64,000 nucleotides of DNA from Thalia democratica. Lineage: Eukaryota. Shown here in pieces: positions 27,501 to 40,540 of this stretch. The stretch is from contig OZ241829.1 in the NCBI GenBank assembly GCA_965202585.1, positions 29,636,001-29,700,000 on the forward strand, given 5' to 3'. The number at the start of each line of letters is the position of its first letter. The first letter of the stretch is position 1. The translations under genes were made by a program, and so were the position numbers. Below the pieces are notes generated by a model that saw only the letters and a list, made by a program, of their open reading frames with translations, did no database searches and was not told the DNA's origin.

Positions 27501-30500
27501 ATTTAAAAAAAAACATGGTTTTAGTGGATACAAAGTACAAATTAATTTAAATAATACAACTGAAATTTGTTTAGTCTTTTTCAATAATTTAAGATCATAG
27601 GTGGGTCACCTTGCTTTATACAAATCCATCTTAATTTATGGGGTTTTGTCTTAGCTTTTAGATACTTTTTACCGCATAACAAAACTCAAGTTAACGTTTG
27701 AAATGAAACAAATTGACGTCGGTGAATTCAATAGGCTTCTTTATGTAAAGTACAAACTTAAAAGGTGGAAAAAACTGTTTGACTGAAGTTATACCTTCTT
27801 CTTAAATGTGAAACTAATCGTAAACAAGTATAAATAGTTTTTTTTATAGTTATAGATACAAATAAATAAATTTTTCAACTTGCTTTATTAAGGTAAACGT
27901 TTTATAGACTATCAATAAGTTAAAACGCTCAAAAAATTTTAAGTGACGTTCTACGATATAGACTTTATAATACTTAAGTAGTATTTGAATAACTCAATCA
28001 TTAATTGCTAGTCTCGATCTCGCAGCTTTATTTTTGTAAACTACTATTCTGTATACCAATACTTAAAATTAGTAAGCTCTTTATTGTTATACGTTGTTAA
28101 CTCCGTTTATTGACATGTTTTTATTTATTTATTTATATAATACTTACATCTTTTACGTTCATTGATGTTTTTATATTCCAACAAATGTACTTTGTTAAGA
28201 TTTTTAAAAAGAAAAGATCCTTCTTTACTGTTATTCTAAATTTTATTACCTCAACATATGATGTAGTTGTTATATTCTACAAAAAAATGAACCATAGTTC
28301 AAACTTTAAGCTTATATATAAGAGAAGGTGTTGTTTTCGTAACAACAATGTCTTTGATTCTGAACGGCCACAACTCCAACAACCAAAAACACTTGAGGAC
28401 TTTCTAACACGGAAAAATCCGTTAACATCTTTTTATAACAATTCACCTTTGACGCATTCTCCAACGGAGTTGTCCAAACCGCTCTCGATGTCACAGTTTA
28501 TGATCGGGTTTTCCGAATCGTAGGTGAACTCTGGATCGCACTCATACTCCACTTGCACGTCGATGGAGTGCGTCGCGTTTATCGGTTTAGAATTTCTCAC
28601 GATTTTTCTCCCATTTTTAATTTCATCAGGCAGAGCTTCGCAGCCTACGACAAAACAGGTCATTTCAGTGTTTACATCATAATAGTACGAAACAAACAGT
28701 TACAGTTGTACTAACAGAAACGATAAAAACTGACGGAAATAAAATGTTTTTTGCTAAAACTAAAAAATAAACTTTCATCAAAGACGGCGGCAGTTTGTGG
28801 TTTGAAAGAATTAGTAATTATTTATTTTATTTTATTTGAGGTATAAACAAAATAAAGATTACACATGTTTCAGACTTGAAGCTTTCGTTATTATACTTAT
28901 AAACTCCGTATAAGGAAGACTTAAAGTATAAAGCTTTCAGTCTGAAACATGTGTAAATTACTGTTTTGTTTATACCTGAAACATATGTTTCTCTATTAAG
29001 CACATAGAGCTACAAACTAAAACAAAACAACATGACATATACTTAACCACATTCAAATATACCTTACTTTAGTATTCGGGCACGTTTTAACCCTTTTAGA
29101 AAAGTTTACTTTCCAACCGAAAACTTACTTCTCGCGCACGATCCGACGGCACCGACCGGATCCGACGTCCACACTCCGGTGTCTCCGCACACTTTGCCAA
29201 CGAAATTAGCAGGCGTCATGGTCAAGTTGTCGCGGCAAGTGTAGCTGACTCGGGTGCCGGGGTAGTAGGAGCCCTCGTGCACCCATGTTACCACGCGGTC
29301 AGCGTTTTCCACGACTGGAATCGCATCGGCCATACACTGGTGAACTGCAAAATTTGGTTTTTGAATAGGGTCGTAGGTGCTGGGAAAAGAATATTAGTGA
29401 ACAGAGCAAAAAAAAATCAAGTTTGTTTTTAATCTGTACTGTAGACAACCTGATTAAAAAAATTCTATTCCGTCAGTCATCTTGTAATATACACAAAATT
29501 TTTTAAAGTCAAAATGCGATTTAGATAAGTTTTAATTTAATACTAATTTAAGTTCCTTATACTTATTTTACGTTTACAAGCTTGAAAACCAGAGAAGCAG
29601 TCTCCAAGATCGCCTTGCCAAGAACCATCTTCAGTGCACTGGATCGTGTCATCGCCTTCTGGTTTCATCTCGTACTCGTTATCGCAACGGTAAGTGGCAA
29701 CAACACCAACAGTATGTTGAGTGTCTGACAGGCTTTCAGATATGGAATAATCTGCATTCTTCCTGTTTTCAGGTTTGCCGCAGTCTGAAATTCAGTAACG
29801 TAAAACAATATACATAAGGGACATTGTTTCGTACTATATATTATATAAAGCCGGGTTTAGATATTGGGTAAAAAGTAAAAATTAACGTTTTTTGGACTTC
29901 AAAAACATTGTATTACTACAAACAAATAGACCTAAATAAAAACAAAACTTACACTATTTAAAACTAAACTAAACTGTTTACTATAACTAACATTGTAGTT
30001 TAATAAAACAATCTTGTTTTTTTATAGTATTTAAGATTCTAGTTATAAAATGTTGTGATAAAGTTTTAAAATGCGTAAATTCTCAAAATAAATATACCAA
30101 AAAAAAGATTCAACGCTAAAAGGCCGTTTGTAGGATTATTACGACAAGTAATTACATCATGGTGAAGTGCATGGTGTGTTTATTATTAAAAAACCATCGT
30201 TTTAAAACACAACTACTTTAACTACTCAAGTTCCACGGTTTTAAACTAAATGGTAGTAGTTTTTAATTTTAAATAAAACTGATTGTGTCGTGATGCTTAT
30301 TATAATAACAGTATATACTATACATACAATACATTCATTTTTCAAATATTATAATTATTAAATAGCCTGCGGTCTCACTTACGTTATCAGTTGCAATATT
30401 TAAAAACTGTTGGTTTTATATAAAACTTTTGCATACTTAATTTTCTCGCTTTCCAAACTAGCTATCAATTCACTTACGCCTCACACACTCTGGAAGCGAA

Positions 30501-33500
30501 GGCTCAAACTGCCCGTTGATGCAGTTCAACACAGCCGTCGAGTCCGGATGGATCACGAATCCGTTGTTGCACGAATATTCAACCTGGAAAACTGCTTTCG
30601 CTGGACCGGTTTCAGTGTCTATCATCTCGTACAAAGGAGTGGTGAAGTATCCATTTTTGATTTCTTCCGGATCGCCGCAATCTTAAAGTGAAGCAGTGAT
30701 GGTTTATATATGAAAATAAAGTTTAGTTAGCTAAAACGTTTTGAACTTTTTTAGTGTTGTATGAGAACACAGCTTAATAAAACTTAGTTTACACAACTTT
30801 TGTTTGTATCAACAGTAGTAAGTGTAGGTAGGGAAGTTTTTTAATAGTAAACTAGCTTGAGCTTGTACACAGATACACTTTACCTGTTATTGACGCGTTT
30901 GATAGGTTTGCAGTAGGTGAAACGATTAAGATGTAGCATTTTAATACTTAAAACTATGACAAACGTTAAAGTTCTATACTACCTTACGATGAGGTTTTAT
31001 CAAGTAAGTTAACCCAAAAAGTTCTTAAATGCTTAATATAATATTAAAAAACGTTGAAAGTCAGTAAAGTCTTAACGTTTAATTTAGAATAAGCTGGCTT
31101 TAAATTTACTTATTTTCAAAACCGTTATTTATTTGTTTTTGTTGAAAGTCTGGAGTCAGAGAAATTCAGAAAATTAAAAACATTGTGTACTAAATTTTAG
31201 CTACATTAATATATTCATGCACTATTCGGTATGTCTTTCAATTTTTGCATGACATAAAGTATTTTTTTACTTTTATTCAGTCATCAACAAAAATAAATAT
31301 AGAATAAAAGAGCTATACTGTTATTTACAACTACCTTTAATTTTTTGGTAGTTTTTAAGTAGTTGTGTCACCAGAAACGTGTATTCCATAAAACTAAAAG
31401 CTTTTGATGTTACAACACAAACCTAAAAACTGACTTTTAGCAATAATGTAACAAGGACTTTTCAAAAGTCCGTTCTTACAGCTCAACTAAGTAAGTTGAC
31501 TTAGTTACCGTAGCTTAAAAGTGTTCATTGTAAACAAACAAATTCTAACATTTAACACAATGAGGCGGGGTAATGTCCCATTCTCCATTTTGCAAACACT
31601 CAGCAGAGTTTTTATTTGAGCTGCTGATAACATAGTTGTCGCTGCAAGTGAACTTGACAATCGTACCGCTGTACTGGTTGTCGCTTTCCGCACCATTTAC
31701 TTTCATAACTTTGAGGTTCAAGCCCTCAGTAGCAATGATGCTTTTACATTCTGGAACAATTTTCAATATTTATGTTTGTTTTATTGTAAATTTTACTTTG
31801 CAGTTTTTTAGGTTATAAAGAATACGCATCTAAAAAAATAAAACAACTTTATAAACAGTTAAGTTTAAATAAATCAATTAAAGGACAGCTACCTATTTTA
31901 ATTTTTGCCAAATTTAGCAAATTAGTTGTTGATTTTTATTTGTAGAAATAAGCCTAACTTTATTACTTATATGTCTTCATTGGGTTTGCGCATTGAAACT
32001 TCTAAAACATACATTTTTACTAAAAATTTTGGGTATAATAAAACAACATAAATGCTTTGAGATCCACAAAGATTCAAATTTCATTTATTAAAACAAGTTT
32101 TTATGAAAAATTAATTAGTTACCTTTTAAGCAATCAAAACCACTTTTCTTCCAAGACCCTTCGTTCGTGCAGTAATGAGTGTTATCAGCAGACTCGGGTA
32201 CCAGCGTGTACGGTGCTGCGCAATCGTAAGACACTTTGATTTCAACCTCCTCATCACTCCCATACACAGTCAGCTTGTCGAGGACAGTTTTCAATGTGTT
32301 TGGCACAACCTGGGACGCACCGCAGTCTGTGAAGGACAGTTAGTTTTAAACCAGAGCTTACTTGAAGACAAGGTCTGCAGTCCGTTTTATAAAGTCTAAT
32401 TTTTCAAATTAAGTTTTAGAAATGTAGAAATTAAGATGTAAACATCGGCGAAGCAGTGGCATAAAGTTCACCTGGGTAGCAGACGAATGGACTCCACGAG
32501 CCGTCAACGCCACAAGTCGAGCTTGAAGTGTTGGTGACAAAGTTGTTGGTGCAGGCGTAGCTCACTTCCGTGCCGTTCAGGAAAACGCCCGACCTTTCGT
32601 TTTTGTATTCGTACGCGTGAGTTCCGTCGGAGTTGTTGACACTCGGTACATCATCACATTCTTGTATAATAAAATTGTAATACTATTGTTGATTTTTTAA
32701 TCAATTTTAATTCTAAATAATTAATGAAAAAATCATCACAGCTCAAAGTTAATAACGTTTACTTTCGAATACCTTTTATGCAGAAAAGTTTTGTCTTGGT
32801 CACCCATTTTGCTCCCAACTCACACACATACGTTCCATTAGCAAACTCATCGCTGAAATGGTAACCTTCTGTGCAACTGTATTCAACGACACTGTCGATT
32901 ACGCTTCCGTTTGCTAGCCTTGTAGAACTTATGAGAGTCCAATTTGCGTTTTTTAAGACTGGTGGTACCAGGCAAACTGGAAAGTTTACAAAACTATGTT
33001 GTAAGTTTGAAATCATAGATAAGTGTGTATTCTTTAAAGCGTTTTATGAGTTTTTAAGATGTATACAGTTAGTAAACTACTAACAACTAAAATTTCAAAA
33101 TTGATGTATAAAAGCTAAGAAAAATAACTTATTATTTTAAGATGAATGTAATGAGTTGAATAAGCATACTTCAAGCTTTATTACAACTGACTGAAAAATT
33201 ATAAATTCATCTTGTACAAAACTGCGCATTATTTATAAGCAATGCACAAAGCACCATCAAAGAAAACACCAACTTGGAGCACATTGAGGAGCGCGGCCGA
33301 AGTCCCAATTTCCGTCACCGCCGCAAGTCAGTTGCTCGGGTTCGCCCCATTTGAGACTGTGGGAGGGATCGCAAGTGTAGCTCACCGTTGTTCCGCTCCA
33401 AAACTCGCCGTTCACGTGGCTGAAGGTTGTGTGCCAAGTCACCTTGCTTCCGTCGTATGGCTGAGGGCACTCTGTATCGGGCAGCGAGTAATAAGCTAGT

Positions 33501-36500
33501 GTAGAAGTAGAAGTAGTACAATTGTTATGCGTATTTCATATGCAATTATGATATAGTGCTTTTCTAAAGTTAAACCTTAAATAAATGTGATTTATACTTA
33601 TTGTTCTCAAAAAAGAATGCATTCTAGAAAACGGTTTTCAATTGAAAAGTTTAGTTTTTACAGCTTATGCAATAGTTTATGCTGCTGTAGTTTAAAAACC
33701 AAAAATGTAAAAATGTCATTTTACTTGTTATGCACGTAGGAGCCACAGAGATGTCCCAGCCACCTTCTGAGCACTCATAAGTGTAGTCGGCCGAGCTACC
33801 ACCACTGAAAGTGTAGTTCTCGATGCAAGAATACCTGTAAGCGTCGCCTTCGAGGTAAATGTCTTCACGAGCCTGACGCTCAGGTACGACGGTTCCGTAT
33901 GGTATGGTTTCGGGGCTCGGGCAAGCTTAATTGAAAGCAAGGTTGAAAGAAGTGACATTTTTTACAAGGCTTTTGAAGTAATAAGTAAGTTGTGGTAAAA
34001 ATATTGATTTTTAAACATTGAAGTTCTCGAAAATTTTAAGTTTTTTGTTGAACACTTTGTACAAAAGAAACACAATACATACCGTTTTGAAGTAAAATTT
34101 AGTACTTTCGTTATAATTAAAAAAACTAAATCTATTGAAAATTGTAAAGTAAAGATGTTTATAAAGTTAACTTTTTAATAAATGTTGGCTTTAAGATAAA
34201 TTCTAATTTTTTCGCAACGTCATAAAATTTTTATTCAATTAAATGTGCACAAATGCACTTTTTAAGTAATACTGTTACTAAATAAAAACAAGTTAACAAC
34301 AGTATGACAAAAAAGTTTTATATAAAACAGTTCCGTAACATTTTAGCTTCATACACAAAATCAGCTCTTTTAAGTTGTACGAGATAATTTGTTGTGGAAA
34401 CAATTTCATATATGAATCAAAGTTTCAATAAAAAGCCTGAAATTTAAAAGTTTTAAGATCAGGTTCCGTTTAGCATATCAATTATATATAAAAATTAAAC
34501 CGTTGAGACACGCGGGTACGGAGGAGTTGGTTATTCCGTTTTCCTTGCACTCAACAATGGAAAGACGAGGGTAATTCATGTGATAGCCTTCTTCGCAAGA
34601 AAATGTTGACAAAGTCCCGGATACATGGTTTGTTGTGTCATCTACTATTGGGCGAGTGTCTATTATTAGACCAGGCCTCGAGACGATGTTTAGGCATGCT
34701 GTAGAAAACATTTTCGGTTTTATAAGTTTGATATATGCTTGAAAGTTAACCGTGACTTAAAATAACGCATACTAGTCTTGAAAAGCTTTTGCAAAACCAT
34801 TTAGTCCCATACGAAACACTTATTTTAGTTTTTTCACCGTAATTGAACTGAAGTTGCAGAAATAGTTGTATTTTAATTTTATTCAAAGTTGGTAAACTTA
34901 GTATTTAAAGTAAACTTCTATAGAAATGTTTAACTTATAGTTTTTCGTGTATTATTAGTAAACTTCAATGCTTTACCTTCACTCAAAGTTTAACTTTTAA
35001 ATAAGTTTTGAACATTTTTCTTTATTTTTAATAAATAGTAAACAAGTAAAACGTAATTTGAAGTTATTATTTACTTTAAACTGCCTGTGTACTTACATAT
35101 AGAAAACATAACTTTTTTACTAAGATAAGTTCTTGTATTTATACTGTTGCGAAAAAAAAGTATCCTTAAAAAATTCCAAAACTTTTTAATAGGTTTTAAA
35201 TGTTATGAAATAAAATATACTGTAAACATTTTTTACTCATCAAAACTTTAAATTTTTTTATAGCTGAATTAATTTTGAAAAGTAATTTTACAAGTGAAAA
35301 AGCGCTCATAACTTACGTTTAATGCATTGAACTTTATCAAAAGTCCACGATGAATTAAAATGGCAAGTAGCTTCTACAGAAGCTTCTTTGGTATGCACAT
35401 TGTAGTAACCTTCTTCACACCTGATTTCAACAGCGGATATGAATCGAGCCGACCAAATACCGTCAAAATATTTAGTTGCTTTTATGATAGAGTTTGGAAA
35501 GTATAACGGTCCACAAACTTCAAAAGTTTAGTAAACAAAGTGAGATTTTATTTTTAACATATTTGTTAGATAGTTGCCTTAAAATATGTTGATTGATTTA
35601 AACGATTAGTTTATTCTCTATATATGCATATTAATAGCTTCAAGTTTATTTTTCAGCAAACTTTAAACAAAAAATCTCAAGCTCAGCAAAATTTGCAAAC
35701 CTGGAAAGCATAAAACTTTCGGAGACCATTTCCCATTGGTGCCGCATGTGGTCTCGTTGCCTACTTGCTCGTACTTATCATTGCAAACGTACCGAACGAC
35801 TGACCCAGTTGCCACTCGCAAGTCAGGACTTGTTGTTACGACGTCCAAAGACACAGGTTGGTAAGGCGCACTGTTTTCTACAGTCGGTATTTCGTCGCAT
35901 ACTGTTGTGCAAAAAAAATATAAGGTTTTGACCTAAAAGGCTTGATATTGAATTTTAGTTATAGACGATTTCAGTTTCGTCTTGTTTCATTAAAAACTGT
36001 GTTAATTGTTAGAGCTAAAAACTTAAGATAAAACGCAGTGACTTACGAATTACACTGCTTATGATAGTTATTAAATAGTGTCTTTAGTTTGGTAGTATGT
36101 TTTTTGTTTACAGCTTTGTAAAAGTTTTATTAAAGAGTATAAAAGCTTCAGTTTTTAATTTTAAGGTTATAGTTAGTTGTGAAGGTTTAAAACTGTTAAA
36201 TTCTGATTATGTAAGCTATATAAAAGCTAAAGCAGTTGTGATTTTCACCTTATTGATAAAATGTTTAATTCTAAAAACAAACAAATAAACTTATCTAACT
36301 AAAACCATTCAACGATTTCTAAAACAGTGAAGGGCTGAGCATAAGGAAACTCTATGTTTCTTATTTATCTCTAAAAACATAACTTCTAAATTGACAACTT
36401 TGAAAATTGTTTAAACTACTTTTTTTCATAGAGCGAAACTTTCAAACTATTATGAAAAGCATCAGTGTTCACAACTGACATTTAAAGCACTCGGGACGAG

Positions 36501-38631
36501 CTTCCTCGGCCCAGCCTTCCTCGTATGTGCACGTCAAGGAAGGACTCGCTCCCTCCTTCATCGAGTATCCGCGGTGGCAGAAGTAGTTCACTTGCATCAT
36601 CAGCACGATCCTGTCGTCGGACAACGTGTACTCCCCTCTCCGTCCGTCGGCGTTCGGTACATGAGGCGGAACCAAGCAAGCTAGAGATTTGTTTGTTTGA
36701 AAATATCACACTCAAAACCGCAACAAAACGTGTAAGTAGGGAAAGTTGACGAACTTTGAACGCACCAAGGTGCGGTCTCTATGTTCCACGTTCCGTCTTG
36801 CCGACACTTGCGAGTGCTGACTTCGCCTTTGGCTAGGGAGAACTTGTCGTTGCACGTGTACACCACCCGCATGCCGGTCCAAAAAAAGTATTTTTCAAAC
36901 AGGTATTCGGTCGTCCACGTGGAATAGTCTCCGTCGGGTGGCTTTGTGCATCCTTGCAATTATTATTTTTTATTAAAAGCAGGTAAATACTATAACTTAC
37001 ATACATGCAAATGATAAGAAAATGGGCTAAAAGTTAACCTCTAATGTTCCCGTCGGGACATATTGGTTTTCTTTTCCAGCCGTCATCTCCACACTCAACA
37101 GTACCAATGAAATCATAAGGCACTGAATATTTACACTTGTATTTCACAACATCACCGATATCATAGCTTGATTTAATTTGGCCGGTGTAGTTGCCGTTTG
37201 TTAGCGGAGGAGGATCCGTGCAATCTGGTGTGTTTGTGTTAAGCAAGTGAAATCCTTGAACATAACAGCTTTATAGCATGAGCAGAACAATTTTAAATGT
37301 TACATCTTAAAATAGATAGTGCAAAAATCAATCAAAAGTATGTTTTTAAAAATATAAAAGTAAAAATGTACCGACATGAGATGCATTTCGGGTAACTTTT
37401 TCCGGAATCCCAAGTAAAGTTTCCGTTTTCGTTGCACACGACATACTCGGATGAGTTTGGATGGATTCTAAACCCCTGATCACACTCCAGCATGAATTTA
37501 GAGCCGTATATTGGTTCTGGTGGACCGACAAACAATCCATGTTCCAACTTTGGTGGTTCGCAGACTGATGATAAAACAATTTTCAGTAAGAAAAAAATAG
37601 TGCTTAATCGACTTTTTAAAGTGCTGTTTCTTATTAGATGCATGTAAGAAAGTATGGTTTGTAAATAAAATGTTAAAGATATAGTTCAAAACCTTATTTT
37701 TCAAGAAAAAAAACGTATCTAATGTTTTACTTATTTTTAAATTGATGTAACGCTTAAGTTTATAAAATTCATCAGTTTTTATTTCTTACATGTGCGTGAG
37801 ATTTATTTCTGTTCAAAAATTTTAAGTTATTTATTTTTAAGATTGCAGATAGGTCAGAATACTTTAGAGAAGTCCTCTGGTGAAAACAATGCGAGAAATG
37901 TTTTTATACAAACTGGATTTTATTCATAAGTTATTATCTGAATTATAAAGTATTTCTTTAAAGTTTCAAACATATTTAAAATGTTGAATATATGTTTAAA
38001 GTTGCACAGATATAGTGGTAAAAAGTACTCTCTTGGAATTTTTTACCATCAAAAAACATAAAAAAAAAAACTATTTTTCATGAACAAAAATTGTCTTTTT
38101 AGTACTTAATTTCTGTACTTGTAAATACTTTCTAAGAAGTTATTTTTTTATTTAAGTTTTGAAGACCTACGATTTTTAATTGAAACTTTTATAAAGAGTT
38201 TTAGAAATAATTTGAGAATTATTATATAAAATATGTCTAGTATTACTTTTAATTCTTTTTTTAAGTAACTTTGCTGTTAATTTTAAGTTTTCCAGAAGCC
38301 ATAAATTCTAACATTTTTAAAACATCACAGATCTAAATGAAAACAACCTTTTAAAAATAAGCATATTCAGTATGTTCTAACAAAATTAGAAGGAAATAAA
38401 TACTTTTCTGATGTTAAGATTGAAAGTATTTTATAAAAAAAATAAAAACTACATATTTTCAAGGTTAAATTTTTTAATTAAACAAATTTTACACAGCTAT
38501 TCTTTTTACTGCAGTTTTGTCCTGTATACAAGTTATATTTAATTCATTGTGACAATAAACATCAAATATCTTAACTTACGCATAATGAACTGCCAGACTA
38601 TACTGACTACATTGCAAGACGTGCACTGCAT
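1308..38631 (-). CDS. Giant secreted multi-Sushi/CCP protein, copy 1: 45 CCP + ILEI/PANDER domain + 3 CCP + C-terminal F5/8 type C (discoidin); roughly 3400-3500 aa
   Basis: 48 phase 1-1 exons each encode a 4-Cys CCP module (C..P...G....Y.C..GY.....C...G.W.....C), followed by ILEI-like and FA58C exons and a TAG stop at 1308-1310. No transmembrane segment is seen. The putative start exon 38580-38631 (MQCTSCNVVSIVWQFIM) is tentative. Confidence 0.85.
3938..5447 (-). CDS. CCP exons 46-48
   Basis: 5268-5447, 4494-4694, 3938-4174; the last is extended (79 codons) and has six Cys. Confidence 0.85.
6101..7187 (-). CDS. ILEI/PANDER (FAM3 / GG-type) domain exons
   Basis: 6997-7187, 6291-6462, 6101-6229: ELYAYGLSRG...NLCDETRGIGVAILDPITRTTQSMKFDTV..IVRMSDFILNNSSYGDIIMMTVRGQAA...MRRLG..SESWAVLTG. 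This resembles the ILEI pattern RGxNVxxLDxxTGxxxxxxxFDT..F.....G.IVxxxVxDxA..LG..WAxxG, judged from recall rather than an HMM run. Confidence 0.7.
7263..8778 (-). CDS. CCP exons 43-45
   Basis: 8578-8778, 8167-8337, 7263-7463; match ORFs 8516..8794, 8144..8374 and 6979..7479. Confidence 0.9.
9660..24290 (-). repeat. Intragenic tandem array: 10 units of 1482 bp, each with two CCP exons (CCP 23-42)
   Basis: Exon a (174 nt, ECTITKPANGDTKDGRTVYISSETVTFECNENYTLTGDDTRTCNDGELNPDTEVICYQ) starts at 10382, 11864, 13346, 14828, 16310, 17792, 19605, 21087, 22569 and 24051. Exon b (192 nt, DCNDFHTVTNSQPYPAAPINHGQSTTYNCSEGYASLSTDVPKRTCQNGALSPPFDTANPMSCLK) starts at 9808, 11290, 12772, 14254, 15736, 17218, 19031, 20513, 21995 and 23477. 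The period is exactly 1482 except one step of 1813. Confidence 0.97.
18212..18501. mobile_element. Foldback MITE (~290 bp) with ~80-bp TIRs, in a single array unit
   Basis: Left arm ggtagcttcaaatttacactactgtttttgatttacttgaaaatcatgcaactaatttgc; right arm gcaaattagttgcacgattttcaagtaagtcaaaaacagtagtggaaatttgaagctaacc; flanked by a duplicated aagaagt. Confidence 0.85.
24675..27142 (-). CDS. CCP exons 18-22
   Basis: 26948-27142, 26570-26770, 26146-26343, 25138-25338, 24675-24866; all phase 1-1 Sushi modules. Confidence 0.88.
25543..26050. mobile_element. Foldback/MITE-like element with inverted subterminal ttgcacga/tcgtgcaa repeats and central agggtaagggtta motifs
   Basis: A cluster of aattgcacga repeats at 25555-25625 is mirrored by tcgtgcaa repeats at 25925-26000; the termini are degenerate. 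Confidence 0.6.
28447..32976 (-). CDS. CCP exons 10-17
   Basis: 32773-32976, 32472-32660, 32123-32326, 31550-31750, 30478-30681, 29590-29784, 29129-29344, 28447-28644; all phase 1-1 Sushi modules. Confidence 0.88.
28839..28977. repeat. ~140-bp inverted repeat (small MITE-like hairpin) in an intron
   Basis: aggtataaacaaaa..ttacacatgtttcagact-gaagcttt versus aaagctttcagtctgaaacatgtgtaa..ttttgtttatacct. Confidence 0.7.
33274..37564 (-). CDS. CCP exons 1-9
   Basis: 37376-37564, 37039-37224, 36755-36952, 36480-36680, 35701-35901, 35317-35517, 34501-34698, 33725-33925, 33274-33495; all have lengths divisible by 3, phase 1-1, and 4 Cys each. Confidence 0.88.
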
Positions 38632-38651
38632 TTTTACTAACTTTTCTTGTT
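38580..38651 (-). CDS. Putative first coding (signal-peptide) exon of the CCP gene
   Basis: Acceptor ttgcag at 38652-38653, ATG at 38631, hydrophobic VVSIVWQFIM, and a perfect GTAAGT donor in phase 1. Confidence 0.5.
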
Positions 38652-40540
38652 CTGCAAATTATTTTTTTTAAAGTTTTGTTTAACCTTTAGAATTTGAATA
38701 AAAATAACATATAATGAAAAAATTTAGAATTTTAGTTTTACTGAAAAATAAGTGAGTGAACAAATAGGTTTATTTTTCATAAGCAATCAAATAGTTTTTA
38801 CTTCTTAAAGAAAACTATACATTTTTATATCGATTTAACTAAGATTTAAATGGCTTACAAGCAATATTTTTCAAAAAACTTTAAGTTTTATATTGTTATT
38901 TTGTAATTTTAATAGCATGTGCTTTGTTAATCTTGTCAACTGATTGTCACACTAAATTTATCAGGTGTAACTAATTTTAGATAACTATTAAACTCTTCTT
39001 ACATGTAAACTTTGCATAAACATTTTTAAAGTTGTAAATAAGTCCTATTAATCAAATATTACTCACTATGGTATATCTTGAAAACTTTGGTAAAACAATC
39101 TTTGGATTAACTTATCTTTAAAACTGTTTCATATCATTATACGTAAAACCTTATGCTATTAAGGTAGACAAGTTGTTTATTAAAAAGTAAAGTTTGTTTT
39201 TGTTTAAAAAAGCTATAACTTACTTTTTTGCAGCTTAGAAATTTTTTGATTTCACTAACTTCACAACTGCTAACTATTAAATCTTGAAAATTTGTGTTGT
39301 TTACTAAAAGCTTACATCTAGATGCAGTTTTTCTAAAGTTACGTCACAAAACTAGGAGCACTACACTCGATCTTTTCAAGATATTTTAGTTTAAAACTAG
39401 CTACACAAAATATTATTATCTTAATTATAAAATTAACTCAGGGGTCAACAGCTTTTTTTTGTGTAATGTGCCAATTTTCCGAGAAAAGTTGCTCGTGGGC
39501 CAAAAGCAAAAAGTCTTCTACAGGCTGCAACTATTTCAATAAATGTTGTAGTAATTAAAAAATAAATATTTTAAGCTAAAGATGTTATAAAAACTAAAAT
39601 GACAAAGGACCAAGTGCCCAACGAATTATGCAATTAATTTGTAGCCATTGTAACTTAATTTATTAATTCCTAATTTGTTTTAAAACTGTTATCAAGGGAT
39701 TACTTTAGTTGGTTAAGTTCTCATTCTAGAGTGACTTATTTATAAAAAGGAAATATTTAATTATATGTCTATCAAAAAATTAAATTGCCTGTCTGAAATA
39801 ATGAAATTAACTTCTTAGTGTTCTTGTGAAAAATAATAAAACTGTATGTATCCACCTGCTCTTCAATATAATTATCATTCAAATAGTTTAAAAATGTAAA
39901 TACATGTTAACAAGGAATTCAAATCCTTCTCTAATGCAGTGCTTTACTTTCGCTTTGTTTATCTATTAATAAAATAATAAAAACGCTTCAATTATTATGA
40001 TATGTAAACTAGACTAGTTTCTAAAATAATTAAAAATGATCGTTTAATTAAATGGTTTTGCTAAAGTTATATTTTGTATTTAACTATATATTATTCATGT
40101 TAACAAAATATAGTTTCCACAGAACTTTTTATATAAGTTGAAATGATTCTTATTAAATAAAAACATATGTTTTATTTTGAAAACTAAAACTTTTAAAGTA
40201 TTTAAATTTCTGCACGCTGGTTCTTTTTTTACAAGTAAAAAGTTTTCAACAAAGGTCAACACTTTTCAGTCTAACAAATTAAATCAACGTAATCGTTTGG
40301 GTTCTAATCTTTTAAAAGATATTATAGGCTAAAACAAATTATAAAAATGTTATTAATTTTCTTCCTGAAAAGTAAAGTTTAAAAGAAAGTACTTCATAAA
40401 AGTTATTGAGTTAAACTGTTTCAAAACTTTACAGTTTGTTCTTAAAGTCTTGTTGTTAAAGCTTTGTACACAAGTAAAATAAAAATATCTGTGTTATTAA
40501 GTTTTATCACAGACGGTATATTACTAATATTAATTCATAC

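Noticed and set aside
37850-37912. Possible second signal-peptide exon (CIKTFLALFSPEDFSK)
   Set aside because: Its only donor is phase 0, which is incompatible with the phase-1 CCP exon 1; left unresolved.
39439-39505. caggggtc...gggcc hAT-like terminal fragment
   Set aside because: No matching opposite end or TSD found.
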